A stretch of DNA of 63,992 nucleotides, filler included, from Basidiobolus ranarum (lineage: Eukaryota): NCBI GenBank assembly GCA_040143965.1. It is 5 parts of 5 records of this genome, joined end to end, with 100 filler letters (N's around TTAATTAATTAA, not from the genome) between each part and the next. Parts side by side here need not be neighbours in the genome. Positions count along the whole stretch, not along the records: positions 13,033 to 25,961 come from JASJQH010000513.1; 4 more parts are not named here. The stretch is one strand, 5' to 3'. Under the pieces are notes generated by a model. The model saw nothing but the letters and a program-made list of their open reading frames with translations. It was not told the DNA's origin and ran no database searches. The translations under genes were made by a program, and so were the position numbers. The number at the start of each line of letters is the position of its first letter. The stretch's first letter is position 1. This document shows, one piece after another, positions 12,933-26,061 of this stretch.

Positions 12933-13032
12933 NNNNNNNNNNNNNNNNNNNNNNNNNNNNNNNNNNNNNNNNNNNNTTAATTAATTAANNNNNNNNNNNN
13001 NNNNNNNNNNNNNNNNNNNNNNNNNNNNNNNN
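12933..13032. other. Assembly gap (N run with TTAATTAATTAA spacer)
   Basis: Identical 100-bp construct at all four gaps (also 25962-26061, 38976-39075, 51979-52078). Confidence 0.98.
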
Positions 13033-13390
13033 GGTATAGGTTTCCTCCCGATACACCAAACCACGAACGAAGCACTGGTTGGGATTAAGAATTAACCAAT
13101 CATTGCAAGATTAAGTACAGGCTTACCGCTAATTAAGCTTGGCCAACTATTCAAGATAGGTAAGCATTTTCAAGGAGAGATCCCGATCTTTATGCTATGA
13201 ATATATCCTATCGAGATTCAACCCAAACGTCAACCACCCTTCCCCTATTTTTTTTCCAAGTCTACAAAATTTCCGTTTAACGTTAAAGAGACGTTCATAC
13301 TTGGCAGCTTTACTAGTTTGATATACAACACCTTTCGTCACTCTCTCTTGATACACTAGTATTTCAGTTTCCCTCATAATAAAATTCAAC

Positions 13391-13961
13391 ATGCTTCCAG
13401 CTAAACAAAACAAGATTGACTTGAGTGTAAGTATTTTTTAAATCTCATCTGTTATGGTTGCAACTACTTGGATGCTACTCGGTGTTCAAGCTCGTTTGTG
13501 TCTACTTCCACTGTAACCACACGTTTGAAACATTTTACTTGAGTGTGAGCATTATTAGTAACCTAACTTGTTCTAATTTGGGTATTAAGAAATTAACCGA
13601 GGAAGAGAAGAAAATCTTCAAGATGTACGGTCGTCTACCAAGTGGTAAAGATTTAGTAAACCATCGTCTTAAGGTAGATATTTTTTTACTTGAACATCCT
13701 GTGTTACTCTAAAATTAACTTTTGATTCTTTGAAAGGATCGTAAATATTTCGACTCTGGTGATTACGCTCTTCAAAAAGCTGGTAAAACCACGGCTGCTG
13801 AAGTTGGCTCTCAACATCCTAGCCCTGAAAAGATTCCACACCCTCAGAGTCCACCCACTTCCCCCTCAGCCAGTCTTCAAAATTCCCCTCATAAGGAAAC
13901 CAACCTTTCGCAACTTGCCAAAGAAACAACAGAAAGCGTTCCACCTACCTTCAATTTGTAA
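13391..13961 (+). CDS. IGO1: Endosulfine/ARPP19 family protein (Igo1-like); exons ~13391-13426, 13590-13672, 13737-13961
   Basis: Spliced: MLPAKQNKIDLS|KLTEEEKKIFKMYGRLPSGKDLVNHRLK|DRKYFDSGDYALQKAG... The RKYFDSGDY Greatwall/Rim15 phosphosite motif is diagnostic. Confidence 0.92.
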
Positions 13962-14678
13962 ACCTCGAACTATCCTTTATGACATCATACAAATAGAAAT
14001 TTCCTTGGAAGCATAACTACAAATGAAATTAAATTCTTGGATAAGCAGTTTCAATAACTCCTTCTCTCTCTCCCTCTCTCCACACTTTGTCTCTTTATGA
14101 AATGGATCTCGGTACTTTCTCATTTGGTAAGCATGTTACTTCGTTGATTACCATAAAAACATCTGACCTTTTATACTATTCTTCATCTCAATATATTCAA
14201 CATTATTGGTCTCTTCAAGTGGTATCGCATATATTTTTATTCAATTACTTTGAAACCCTTACTTTCTATGTTTTAGTATTGTTACCGACTACATTATATT
14301 CATCACATTGGAATATCCTAAAAATGATTTTGAATTCCTTGCTTCCTTTCTATTCATGGTATTCGATGTCTAGTTAAATGTAACGTAGAGATCAAATAAA
14401 TCATGGAAGACATGTGGAAATGGTGGCATTCAGTATTTATTATCATGTTATTGGTAGAAATGTGGACTTTTTATGGAAATTGCCTTGGTTTTACATCTAA
14501 GCTTGCGAAAGTATAATAACATATATCTCCATGTCGAATCGAACACATACATATACACATACACACATTTACATATACTAGTGTATTGTGAGAAACATGA
14601 TTTCAATTCTTGACGGGAGAAAATCAAGTACGAGAACTGAGATGAGGATAGGAATAAGTGGAATGCCTTTGGGATCTT

Positions 14679-16618
14679 TTACTTTTTACTTTTCGTGGCT
14701 TCTTCTATCATATCATCGGATAATACTTCAGCATCGCTACCAGCATCTGAACCAGCATAATTCTCATTATATTCTTCTTCAATATCTGAGTCACTATCTT
14801 CGGCGATGAAATCTTCATCAGGACTTTCTTCTTCTTCTTCACCTGGTGCACCTGGTGAGCTAACGCGGACACGCTTACGTCCACCACTTGTGTTCTCTTC
14901 TTCACTATCGGACAGATCTAATCCGGCGTAGCTAGTAGGTGCTTCATCGCCCAGTTCACTCTTCATCTTGATCTTCTTGGATTTGAGGAACTCTTCAAGA
15001 TTCGTGTATTCTTCTCTGTTGATGCTGGAGAATTGGTAATCCGTACCACTCTTCATATTGAACTTCACATCGAAAGTACGAACGGATGATGTAGCTGCAC
15101 TACCAACACTAAAAGGTAAAGAAAAGTGAGTTTAAGGGAGGATTTTCAATGGTTATGAAATCAATCTTTTCTTACCGTGAGAAGGTTACACTACCAACTT
15201 CTGAGTGGGGAATAAACGTGGGTGGCTTGGGGATAAACATAAAGCATTTCTCCAATGGATACAAGAAACCTTCATTCGCTTTCATCGAAGCCTTGACGGC
15301 AGATGTACCATGATGACTGCGGTATTGACCAGGGACGGTAACCTTTCTGCCGGTTAATACTCGGAATATCGTACTGATGACTTCATATGTGGGTGCTTCG
15401 TATTTCTTACTCAATTTCCCTTCGTATTTCTCCTCAATAGTCTCATCATCCAAGTTCAATAACACATCAATCTCCTCATCTCTAACAAATTGAGTCACTA
15501 AGAATGGATATCTAGTTTGACCCTGTCTGATGGGTGGATCCAATCCAATCACAAACATAACGTGAACATCATCTGGCTTGGGTAACAAGAATAGTTTGAT
15601 GATGTTGTTGTAGACGATTTTGTAGTCGTAAGTTTTACCACGTAAACGTAAGAAAGTAGGAAACATGTCCATATCGTAACGACCACGTGGTGTAAGACAA
15701 AGGATTTCTTGGAATAAGACAATACTTTCACCAGTAACTTGTCCCAAGTCTGCTTTAGTTTTAACAGTTTCGTAAAAGACAGATACGGCATTTTTAACTT
15801 CTTCACCGTCTTCTTTTTCACCTTCCCCTTCAGCAACTTCCTCTTCTCCGTCGGCATTGGTGGCTGTAGTACCTGGTATGTAAAATCTCATTTCTACTAA
15901 CTCATCCCCGGAAAATCCTTTCTTTTTGCTACCGAATCTATCGCTTTGTTCGGGGGACATAAATTCTAAACTAACTTCGTTCTTACCGGCCAAATTGGTG
16001 TTGGCCACTTCACTCATGGGTACTTCAAACATAGGTCTATTCTGTACATTGAAAGTGAGGTAATTTCCTAGAGTAAATGTATAGTTAACAAAAGAACTTC
16101 AAGACTCGTTTATACTTAATCAAAAACAAGAGCATGAAAGAAGCTCACAAATTACCTTCAAACTCAGTTTTTCCCCAATTCCAACCTTTCAAACTTAATT
16201 CTTTCATCTCCAACGGAATCTTGTATAAACTTTTGGCCACCTCTTTCAGAGTTTCAAAATCCTAACAATAAAATAAGTTTCATGGTTACTTGGATAAGTT
16301 CAAATAACTCGTAATCTTTTAACTTTCTTAACAAAGAAATATATATATGTGTATATATAGGTGGAAAAATCTCGATTTACTTACATTTCTATGAAAACCA
16401 TCAAACTTGACGGTTGCATCATTTCTTAACTTAATTCTTAACTCATAATCTCTGGCTGCACGTAACCAATAGAGCTTTCGAATCTCAGCAACTGGAATGG
16501 TAAAAATTTTCTCTCCTACTGTAGCCTTCCAACCGATACCACTATCTACCAATCTCAAACGACCTGGAGTTGGCTGTAAACCCAGGTAAATATTGTCGAA
16601 TTGGGTTTTACCTGACAT
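14679..16618 (-). CDS. POB3: FACT complex subunit Pob3/SSRP1, multi-exon, acidic tail, no HMG box
   Basis: KGWNWG, LTPRGRYDMD, LRGKTYDYKI, DPPIRQGQTRYP, ANEGFLYPLEK motifs. ATG at 16618. Confidence 0.97.
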
Positions 16619-17245
16619 TCTAACTTCAGTATTATAAGTATGGGTCAATTGAAAGTAAGAAAAAATTCGCTTGAAACGTTTGGTAAAACGTAACGAGTAA
16701 CTCTACTCAACTGAAGGAAAAAAAGGTTCAAAAGGAAAACATAAATTCCCCTAAATAAAAACAATCAAATACAAACTTATTTGTTATGGCGATGATGACT
16801 CCCGTTCCATGTAATTGGGTTTTACTTAATCATGTTTCAACTCCAAATTCAAACTAAATGCTCTTAAATTGATCTTAAATGGATTAACTTCCGGTGTTCC
16901 TTAAACAAATATTCAATTCTTATTCTTATGATTAATAAATGGTTTATATTCCTCTAGTCAAGAAAAAATTATTGGAAAGAGAATTTAATAAACAATGAAT
17001 AATATGGGAAAAGCGAGGGCAAAATTGTAGAAATGGCTAATTAGGTAAATGAAATACTAGATAAAATCTTGTCTTTACAACGAAAATATTCCCTTATAAA
17101 TGAGTTACCTGGGTTACCATCACCTCGCTCAGTAATCTTGAATGGCTATGCTGGAAATAATCTTATGGCTTGTGAAACAGTCCCTGCCCTGGTTGTTACT
17201 TGAAGGTCAATTGGGATTAGGATCGGGAAAGATATACAGTTAGGG

Positions 17246-17770
17246 TTAGGTAAGTTCACTTACAGCTAATACCACCACTATGATAATAATCAGTGAGATA
17301 ACTGCGACCAAGATCCCGTAAAGAAACAACTTGGATTTATACCACTTGACGGTTCTTACTTCAACATTCGCATTTCCTAGCTCAAGATGTGTATCATCCC
17401 TCGGGGCAATGGGCTTTTCGTTGATTATGGCCAGAGTGAAATCTGATATCAGTTTACTGGTACGGTTTGAACTATCCAAAGTGAAGAAATTCTCACTTCC
17501 AATCGCCTGTTTATACAGCTTCTCCCTTCTGACTTCATCGTTATACTCATGATAGCTAAATATCTTTTCTGGTTTGTTCGTTTTGTCCAATAGTGTACTC
17601 ATTCGCATAGTTTTACGTAATAATGAGTTTAAATCTTCATCGGGTGTATCCGTATAGGTTTTGGTCAAACTACGGCTCAACGCTCCTCCCGCTTTGGTGC
17701 TGCTAGAGAAAGTGATACCCTTTTCAGTTGAACCATTTGCATCGATAATCGCCTCTGTATTCGGTGGCAT
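17246..17770 (-). CDS. Hypothetical protein with C-terminal transmembrane helix (possibly tail-anchored)
   Basis: ATG at 17770, long ORF ending KWYKSKLFLYGILVAVISLIIIIVVVLAV. A GTAAGT near the end may indicate a further exon. Confidence 0.55.
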   Translation of the reverse strand: MPPNTEAIIDANGSTEKGITFSSSTKAGGALSRSLTKTYTDTPDEDLNSLLRKTMRMSTLLDKTNKPEKIFSYHEYNDEVRREKLYKQAIGSENFFTLDSSNRTSKLISDFTLAIINEKPIAPRDDTHLELGNANVEVRTVKWYKSKLFLYGILVAVISLIIIIVVVLAVSELT

Positions 17771-18608
17771 TGGTTTCTTGAGTGGCTCTTCTAATATAGT
17801 AAGTTGGAAATGTTCAATAACGATGTATTTGTATATATCAGGGCAGTGTAGAGTAGATATAACCAAATAAAGCCATATACTACAAGATAATGGGTAGAAC
17901 TGACTTTTAGAAAGTAAGTATACTAGACAAAAGGGTAAAGAGCAAGCGGAGTACGGTAAATAAGGGAAAAAGTAGGGGATGAAGAAGGGTTAAAAGAAGC
18001 AATGAGAGTGTAGAAAACACGCTTAAGACTGACTTTCAACATCTGTACTCCCTATGTATACTATTGCAGATATTCTAATGCTTTCAGACATATCATAAAA
18101 AACCAGTTGAATCTGATATCGTTAGTGTAAGTAAATTACAGTGGAATGTAGGTCTCTGTACGATTGTTTAAATAAGGATCTTTGTCAATGCTGGGTACTC
18201 AATCAATTTACTAGTAAATCTCAATGTACATTCCACATTCGAATTATAGTCCAGATCCAATATATATTATGTTTAGGATTAATGAATGGTTCGCCTAATA
18301 TAGTCGAGTGAACAGATCAATTCCAAACAGTTTCAGTTCTTGCATTGAAGTTTAGATTAGTGAGTGTATACAAAAGAATATTAATTCATAACAGCAATCG
18401 TTGATGATTGTTGATTTCCCGAGACTTTGTAGGTATCGTAACAGCCACAACTGGTAAGATGTTTTTAATAAATTGGAATTTCCCGATTGGAAGATTAACC
18501 TCTGACTAGGCAAGTGAACACTTAAATTGATGATCGCACCCAAGTAATCAAACGTTGCGACAGATGTTAATAATGTTGAGTAAATGTACACGACATGCCA
18601 GCAGTTGT

Positions 18609-21012
18609 TTACATTGGGAGTAGCGATGCAAAGTCAGTGCTTGCGGCGTCTTCGAGAGCACGATTTAGCAATTCGATGGTTTGCGAATTGTTGGGCTCAA
18701 TACTCAGTGACTATAGATGGAATCCAAGGAGATGCTGGTGAGCTGATAGTCTCACAATTCGGCAATATAATGGATAAATACCTCATGATACTGCATGATA
18801 GCTTCGTCTAACTCTCCTTTGACATAATGAATGAATCCAATAGCAGCAATCACATCGGGGAGCTTAGATTGTAACTTCAATGCTTTCGTAAAGTATTTTA
18901 ATGCTTCCTCGAACCGACTACAGATTGGAAGGATGATCAGATTTGTGTAGCCTAGATGGTTGGATAACAGAGGCTTCACTTACCCGACTTTGCGATAAAC
19001 GTGACCTAGATTGACCCATATCGAGAGTAAGAGTTTTTGAGTGGCATTGATCTTGTCACATACCAAATTGGCTTCCTCGAGAAATTCTATAGCTCTATCA
19101 TATCTAAACGTTTACTATATTAGTAACAGTTCGGGCTGATGTTGGGTGCAGATCTTACAAATGACTCTGATAATATACAACACCAAGTTCGTTCAGTAAG
19201 CATGGATCGCCATTGCATATTTTGTAACTTGCTTGTAAGTACTCTTCAGCAAGGGCGCCGTTGTTTGAGTGAAGTTGTTGCATTCCAATGAACAATGCTG
19301 GCAAATGACTCCTAGTATAATTAAATAGAAAATTTCAGTACATGAGGGCCAATCCGGCTTGATCGGAAGTTATCACTCACCCCTGGAAAAGCCTCGCTGC
19401 CGTAGAATATGCAGAGATTGCTTGATCATGCTCACCCTCTATAGCAAACGAATGAGCAAAGCCCAGCCAAGCGGGACCAAAGTTGGAATCCATGGTTGAG
19501 GCTTTACTGAAGTAACGCCTTGCCTCGGGTATTTTAGTTACACTCAAATAGTAGCAGCCAACCGCGAACCAACTAACAGGTGAGTTGGGAATGTTGTCAA
19601 CCAAGTGATGACCTAAATAAAATAGCTTGTTCTTCATATCCAACTCGTACATGCAAGAGATGTGTGTAGGTAAGCAGGCTAGATTGAATGGGTCAGCATC
19701 TAGAATTCTATGATAACAAAGCTTGATTAACATCCAGTATCATCATAGTTATCCTAGAGAAACGGCTCACTTGGTTGTGACTTCCAAACATTTCTTGAAA
19801 TCGCATTTGAAATAGTACGTTTCAGCTTTGCTAAACATCACATCTGAGTTATTCGCCAACTTATATTCAGTTTCTAAGGTATTTACAGCAGATTCCAAGC
19901 TCTCTTCATTATCATACTGGAAAGAGCAGGGGGGAAATGGGTTAAACCTCTAGTTAATTCAGCAGAATACCACCATCAATCTCTCACCTTTTTAAGTTTG
20001 GTTGTGTACAGAAGTTGAATCAGTTGTGCGTCTTCAGTGGTATGTTCATTGTATTGTAAAGATTCAAGTAGATTACGTTCTATGAAAAGGTTGGCTTAGT
20101 TTCTAGTCCGCTTGGATCCTCATTAATGTTACCTACCCTCTTCATCGGTCAGCATGTGGTTTCCGATTAAAGCTTGAAATGCCTACATAAACAATCATCG
20201 TAAATAGAGGTTCATCGATTGGCTAAACACATTAAGATTATAACCTCGTAACATTTGACGTCGATCAGTAAAGCTTCTTTGTAACACTCTTTGGCTCTGT
20301 CAAGTTTCCCTTGCTTAGTATAAATTACTCCACGAAGATAACACATTGAGGCTTCAAGTTTAACTCCTCCATCGGTATTTTTGACTTTAGGTATTGACTC
20401 CATTCCTTTGATTGATATTATGATAAAATCTTGTTGAGAAAGGAATAGTTTTACGAAAGAACAACTTTTCTCCAAGATAAATACCTGAGGTGGTTTTGAA
20501 AGGATTTTCCTCGCCGAGAATCTCTAAAGCTTCACTCCACTTCTCCAGTTTGATCTAATAATTTCTTTTGATAAGCAACCTGTTACAAGAGTAAAATAGA
20601 TTTTGAAGAATAGTTATTCACCGAGCATTGCGCAGCCAAGTATCTACAGGCTACACTAGATTTGAGCAAGTGTCTTCGCTGTAAAAGCTTCTCAGCGCGA
20701 GTATATTGTCTTGTCAAGAAATAAACTTGGGCTAACCAGAATACATCGTTTGGATCAGCTAAAAAAAGGTTAAAATATTGTAGATATGGGAATTCAACGT
20801 TTAGTCATTCACATACAAGTCATTGAAAGTACTTTGTCTCCCCAGAAAATTGCCGTTTCATATAAATGTTGTTGTAAAGCATCATGCCTCCACATTCGAA
20901 GTTTATCAGGTAAAGTAGGGGTATTATAGCTATAACTCAAGTCAGTTAAAGAAGGCGAGTAAGGGGAGGAACCAGTAATAGTAAAAGGAGTTGGGGAGTT
21001 TAGCGGATTCAT
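18609..21012 (-). CDS. CDC16: Anaphase-promoting complex TPR subunit APC6/Cdc16/Cut9, multi-exon; 3' end uncertain
   Basis: [85 protein letters not shown]. Confidence 0.95.
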
Positions 21013-22710
21013 TGTGTAAGTGTACTCTCCAGGTTTCTAAGAATGATAACGATATATTAACTGGTTCATAAAAATCGGCCCTAACGATATATCATACACA
21101 TACACTTTGTTTTGTTATGATTTCATGTTTTTATTCAGTGTTGATTTTAAAATGGTATTTGTATTTGGCGGTTAAAACACGGTTTTCTTCTATACACTAA
21201 TGGGTAATTTGTTATTCTAGACCAATCAATTTTATCTATTGATTTGTATCTTACGGCTGTCATGACATTTCTTATTTAAACAAAGAGTATGTTTGCTTCC
21301 AGCAAAAGTCTACCCTAATCCTAATTATTTTGTAAATGATTTTTGATATATTGTAAGTGAAAATGAATTTGTCGTTTCTTAGTTGATCTGATGACAAAAT
21401 ACAGTCATCAAACCATGAGGAAACGTAGTTCATTAGAACCCAACTCTCCCCATCCTTTCCCCTCCACTAGCTCATGGTAGGAGCGCTGATGCAGTGAATA
21501 AGACGGGTTGTAAAGCAACTTTCAAACAAGGAAATCTGCTTACTTTTATACTTTCGTTATCGAGGGGACCCCCAGTTTTGGAATGCAAAATTTTCCTGAT
21601 CCAAATTAGGATTCCTAAATATGGTGACTTGATTCAGAGAGGATGGGTGGGTAACAAATTATAATTGAGGCTTTGCGGCCAGGGAATCTTAGGATATTCT
21701 ATTATACAAAAACTGTAAGAGGTTAATAAACAGTTCGGATTCAGTATGATTGCTATTTGCACCTGCTTCGTATGTGACTCTAAGCAAAGATGTTGTTATA
21801 ACCTCATTCCTATAGCAAAAAAAATACATACTTAAACTCAATGGCACCATTGTCAGTTGAACATGTAGTTGAAGGGTAAATTTGTGAAAAGTTGGACTAG
21901 TTGATAGTTTTTTGGTAGCTTTTTATAGGTGAAAAAGATAGGTAGATTTTGTATCAAAAGGCAAAAAAGACCTTGGGAAAATAAGCGAGATAGGGGTAGT
22001 TAAGGTAGGGCTACTTAGGTAATCGGATTCGTATAGAACAGTGAAGCTGTAATAATTCAGTAGAGCAGATGTGGTACAAAATACCCTTGGGTAATAGAGA
22101 TGGCGACTATACGTTCAAGAATAAGAAAAATGGACTTTGTATGGAGCCTGCTGAAGTCATGTCCAATAATAAGGAGATTCTTCTGTCCACTTGCAACGGA
22201 AAAAGTTTACAAGACTGGAGAGATGGATCATAGATATGGCTAATAAGTTATATTGAAGTAACTTGAGCGGTGGAAAGATGCAGTCTTCATTCCAGAAAGA
22301 AACTAGTTTAATAAACTACCTTTTCGCTAATGAATTCTGAGAGTTAATCTTAACAACCAAGTATATACAACATACCAGAAAGAATAGATAATTCCAGAAT
22401 ATTAATGATATCAATGCTGTAAGTCAAACCGCAAGATGCATGTTAGGCCATTTTATGACACACAAGCGAAGCATACATACTCTTATTTGAGTTGGGATGG
22501 TCTACATCATTCGGCTTTGGAGAAAGTCAAAAACTATCTAGAACTCTGAGCTAACCATCACAGTAAACCTGTTGGAAGTCTTATTTCGGTTGGAGCTTGA
22601 AAATCAACAATTCCATTTAATTTACCACTACAAATTTACTTTGACAGCCAGATAACTTGTCAATAAAATGGGGTTTATTTCATCATGACAATCCTACAGA
22701 GCATGAGTGC

Positions 22711-23556
22711 TTAACAGGTACCCAAATCAGTCCAAACACTGTTAGTATCGGGTGATTCCTTTTGAGTCCACCATTTGGCCTCCCACAAATGCTTTTTGTA
22801 AGTCACCTTCTGAGCTCTATTGTAACCAGTTGCTGAGTTCCAAACTGGAAAACCGTTACAAATTCCCGCGCTTGGAGTGGAAGATGTTGGGCTTTTGTTA
22901 GACGCAGTGCTTGTGGTCGTAGGTATATCCTTGCCATTGGGACGAATAGTAACAGTTGGTCGCGCAGCCAATAAATTTCGACCATCATTAGGGCCATCTT
23001 GGGGGAATTCGGGAATAGTAGGGTATCCAGGAAGGTTGACAGTCAAAAGTTTAGGTCCAACAATAAAACCTTTATCAGATCCTTGAATCTCAATGTCAGC
23101 ACAATTCATATAGTACTCTCGATTTCCAATTTTGTTGATCCAAGTCCAGGCAAAGATAACATTCTTGCTAGAGCCAGCAGTATTAGGGATAGTCACGGAA
23201 TACTCCTTACTAGCAATGATACAATCACTGTAGATTGTTTCTAGCACCGCAAAAGTCTGACCCTTGTCATAGGAGATGGCAAACTGACAGTGACCTCCTT
23301 TATGAGTGGCAATTCCGCTAAGCTTGACCTGAATGGAACCACCAGCTTTCACAGTCTGGACAATCCCGCCTTGTTCATAGCCCTTGCATGGGTAGGTACC
23401 TAAAGGATTCACCATATCGTAGTCGGGGGAACCCTTCCATGTTGGATTGTGTCGGGAATGACGCGGCGGAGGCTGGATCATCTCCATATGAGCAACGGTC
23501 AACGTTGAAAAGCCAAGCAAGTAAACCGAAGATTGTAAGAAATTGAGGAACATCAT
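22711..23556 (-). CDS. AA11-type lytic polysaccharide monooxygenase with C-terminal CBM5/12 chitin-binding module, intronless
   Basis: Signal peptide then His1 (TVA|HMEM); THKGGHCQFAISYD; FAWTWINKIGNREYYMNCADI; Thr/Ser linker; WNSATGY...VTY...WEAKWWTQ...WTDLGTC. Confidence 0.88.
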   Translation of the reverse strand: MMFLNFLQSSVYLLGFSTLTVAHMEMIQPPPRHSRHNPTWKGSPDYDMVNPLGTYPCKGYEQGGIVQTVKAGGSIQVKLSGIATHKGGHCQFAISYDKGQTFAVLETIYSDCIIASKEYSVTIPNTAGSSKNVIFAWTWINKIGNREYYMNCADIEIQGSDKGFIVGPKLLTVNLPGYPTIPEFPQDGPNDGRNLLAARPTVTIRPNGKDIPTTTSTASNKSPTSSTPSAGICNGFPVWNSATGYNRAQKVTYKKHLWEAKWWTQKESPDTNSVWTDLGTC

Positions 23557-24700
23557 AAATAGTCAAAGGAAACTGAATAATTATGAATGGCTTGCACCTG
23601 AAGTATTTATACTTTACTTGAGTTATGAATGGCATTCAGTTTGACGTAGTCAACTATGCTTGGGTTTAGTGCAACCCTCTTGGTTAGGAAATTGAGAGAA
23701 ACGAGGCGTCTAGAGTTTCTTTTGTGGTATTATTTCCAAAGTGACCCAGTTCTCACTTACTATATAGACTTAAAAGACAGCTCAGGGTTTTATCCATTAA
23801 TGTTAATTTCCTCAATTCTTAACTTACCCGAATTCCAAACCATCTCTTCTTTACTAGCATAGTCTTCTGAACTGGGTATTGTGTACTGACTATCCAAAGC
23901 TATTTTTCAGGGGCCGACTTCAACAGGCAATTTGGTGAGGGACAATCATGATTAAAACTGGATTTGGTCTTTATATGGTTTTGTGTACTCAATTTGTGAA
24001 CTAGTGGTGCTTGTTAGAATCCACAGCATGGGATTGGAATTGAGTTCAGCATAAATGACGTAAGAGATTATTTAAATACTTTTCCTACCACGACTTTACC
24101 ATCTTTCGTGTAAAGAATTTATATCGTTGTTGATGGATGATTAACACCTTATACCCCTAGCCCCAAGTTACAATTTGAGTACACCTGAGGATTTGGATAG
24201 TTATTCCGAAATATCTCAAATTACTTCGCATTGGACCTAGCTACTATGGCAATTAAGAAATATCTCTCACTTTTGAACAACAATTGAGGTGATGTGTAGA
24301 GCTCACTAACGAGCTCACTAACGCAAGCAATACCTACTTATATAGAGCAACCGACAATCAATGCGACACTATGAATAAATTATTAACCTCAATATATTTC
24401 AGTTGCTGGGTCACCAAGATAGGTATTAGCATTAGAAAAGCAAGCAGCATGATGATTTTAACTACTATTATCCTCAACTGGATGTTTGGCCAGATTCCAA
24501 CACTATTAATATTGCTTGGACAAACATGATCTCAGAATCAAAGGTCTTCCCAAGTTCAACATGCTGAGTGTGTTGACAGTTGCTTCATACTCAAAAGTGT
24601 GAATAATCACCCAAAGCAATATGCTTATGAAATTTCAAATCAGTGGAGAACATCTAAGTTAACCAAAATGAAAGATCCTAAGAAGCATCTGACTAGGGTT

Positions 24701-25015
24701 TGTTAAAGTATTTGAGAGCCTGTTGGAAGTGGTTTGGAGAATTAGAGAAATAGGTGGTTTTTACTTATTGATTTATTGAGCTGGAAGTTTATATTTATAG
24801 TTTTGTCAAGATGTAAGCAAACCAACGTGTGGAATGTGTTAAGGAAGGTCTCACGAACATGTGTGCAAAGTTTGGGGCTTCTAACACAAGTTATCTGAGA
24901 ACTTCCAAGTAAATCCCGATATCGAATAATGGGTAATATCTTAGTTCTATATAAGATAACTAAATACTAAGCAATATATGACTATATAGGTGTTTAGGCA
25001 ATGCAAATTTCAACA
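24701..25015 (-). mobile_element. Solo LTR of the Copia family (315 bp)
   Basis: TG...CA termini (TGTTAAAG...TTTCAACA). Flanks GGGTT and GGGCT form a 5-bp target-site duplication with one mismatch. Confidence 0.85.
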
Positions 25016-25205
25016 GGGCTGATGTTTAGAGGATTATACCGAATGCTTATCACGAATATAGATATTAGCTATGCACTGGTTTTATTTGATAAATAATTAT
25101 TTAAAGTCTTGATATTAGAACCATTGCGGTGTCAATAACCGTGTATTTCTAACATTACTAATATCCCTTTTACTAGTACCACAGAAAAAACCAATTATCA
25201 TCTAG

Positions 25206-25961
25206 CTAAGCCGCTGGACGACAGATCAATTGACCAATAGCCAACTTGTTACAATCAATGCCTATATTACTCTTCAATAGTTGAGCTAGGGTTACCTTCC
25301 AAGCCTTCGTAATCTTGTCGCAAGTATCACCTGCTTTTACTGGTGAGGATTTCTCTCCATTTTGACAAAGTGGAGGGATACAAACGAGTTGACCAATAGC
25401 CAGCTGGTCACATTTCAGCTTAGGGTTAACTGACAAAAGTCTATCAACGTTGATACCATTCTTAGTTGCTATTGCTGAACAAGAATCACCTGACTTCACA
25501 GAGTAAGAAGTAGTTCCAGAAGCACATTTTGGTGGAGGTGTTACTGTAGGCTTTGGAGTTGCCGTAGGAGATGACACTGCGGGTGGTATACACATAGTCA
25601 GACCAACCGTCAATTGATCACATTTCACACTTGGGTTAGCTGCTTGAAGACTCTCCACCGATATGGTATACTTAGTGGCTATCGCATAACAAGTATCTCC
25701 TGATTTTACTGAATATTGACTTGCTCCTTTTTGGCAGCTCACTGAAGGAGTAGAGGTTGAAGTAACAGAAGTAGCGGTGGTGGGGATGGTAGTAGTGGCT
25801 GTGGGTGCTCCACCTCCGGGACGGCATATTAATTGACCAACATATAGGCGATCACAATCAAAACCAGGATTGCTCATCTGGAGTTGAGTTAGACTCACCA
25901 TCGATGATTGCATATATTTCGTACATGTATCACCCGAGACAACATAATATGGCTTGTCTTT
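25206..25961 (-). CDS. Multi-LysM (CBM50) protein, at least 4 LysM domains; 5' end lies in the gap
   Basis: YSVKSGDTCYAIA...LQAANP...C..L.VG...C repeats with Thr/Pro linkers. The first visible LysM (YYVVSGDTC) is out of frame near 25910. Confidence 0.9.
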   Translation of the reverse strand, partial: KDKPYYVVSGDTCTKYMQSSMVSLTQLQMSNPGFDCDRLYVGQLICRPGGGAPTATTTIPTTATSVTSTSTPSVSCQKGASQYSVKSGDTCYAIATKYTISVESLQAANPSVKCDQLTVGLTMCIPPAVSSPTATPKPTVTPPPKCASGTTSYSVKSGDSCSAIATKNGINVDRLLSVNPKLKCDQLAIGQLVCIPPLCQNGEKSSPVKAGDTCDKITKAWKVTLAQLLKSNIGIDCNKLAIGQLICRPAA

Positions 25962-26061
25962 NNNNNNNNNNNNNNNNNNNNNNNNNNNNNNNNNNNNNNN
26001 NNNNNTTAATTAATTAANNNNNNNNNNNNNNNNNNNNNNNNNNNNNNNNNNNNNNNNNNNN

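Noticed and set aside
12977-12988. TTAATTAATTAA palindrome repeated four times in the window
   Set aside because: Always centred in N runs; an artificial gap spacer with stops in all frames.
17246-17350. VAMP/synaptobrevin-like C-terminus (WYKSK + TM helix)
   Set aside because: No heptad SNARE motif visible upstream, so left as hypothetical.
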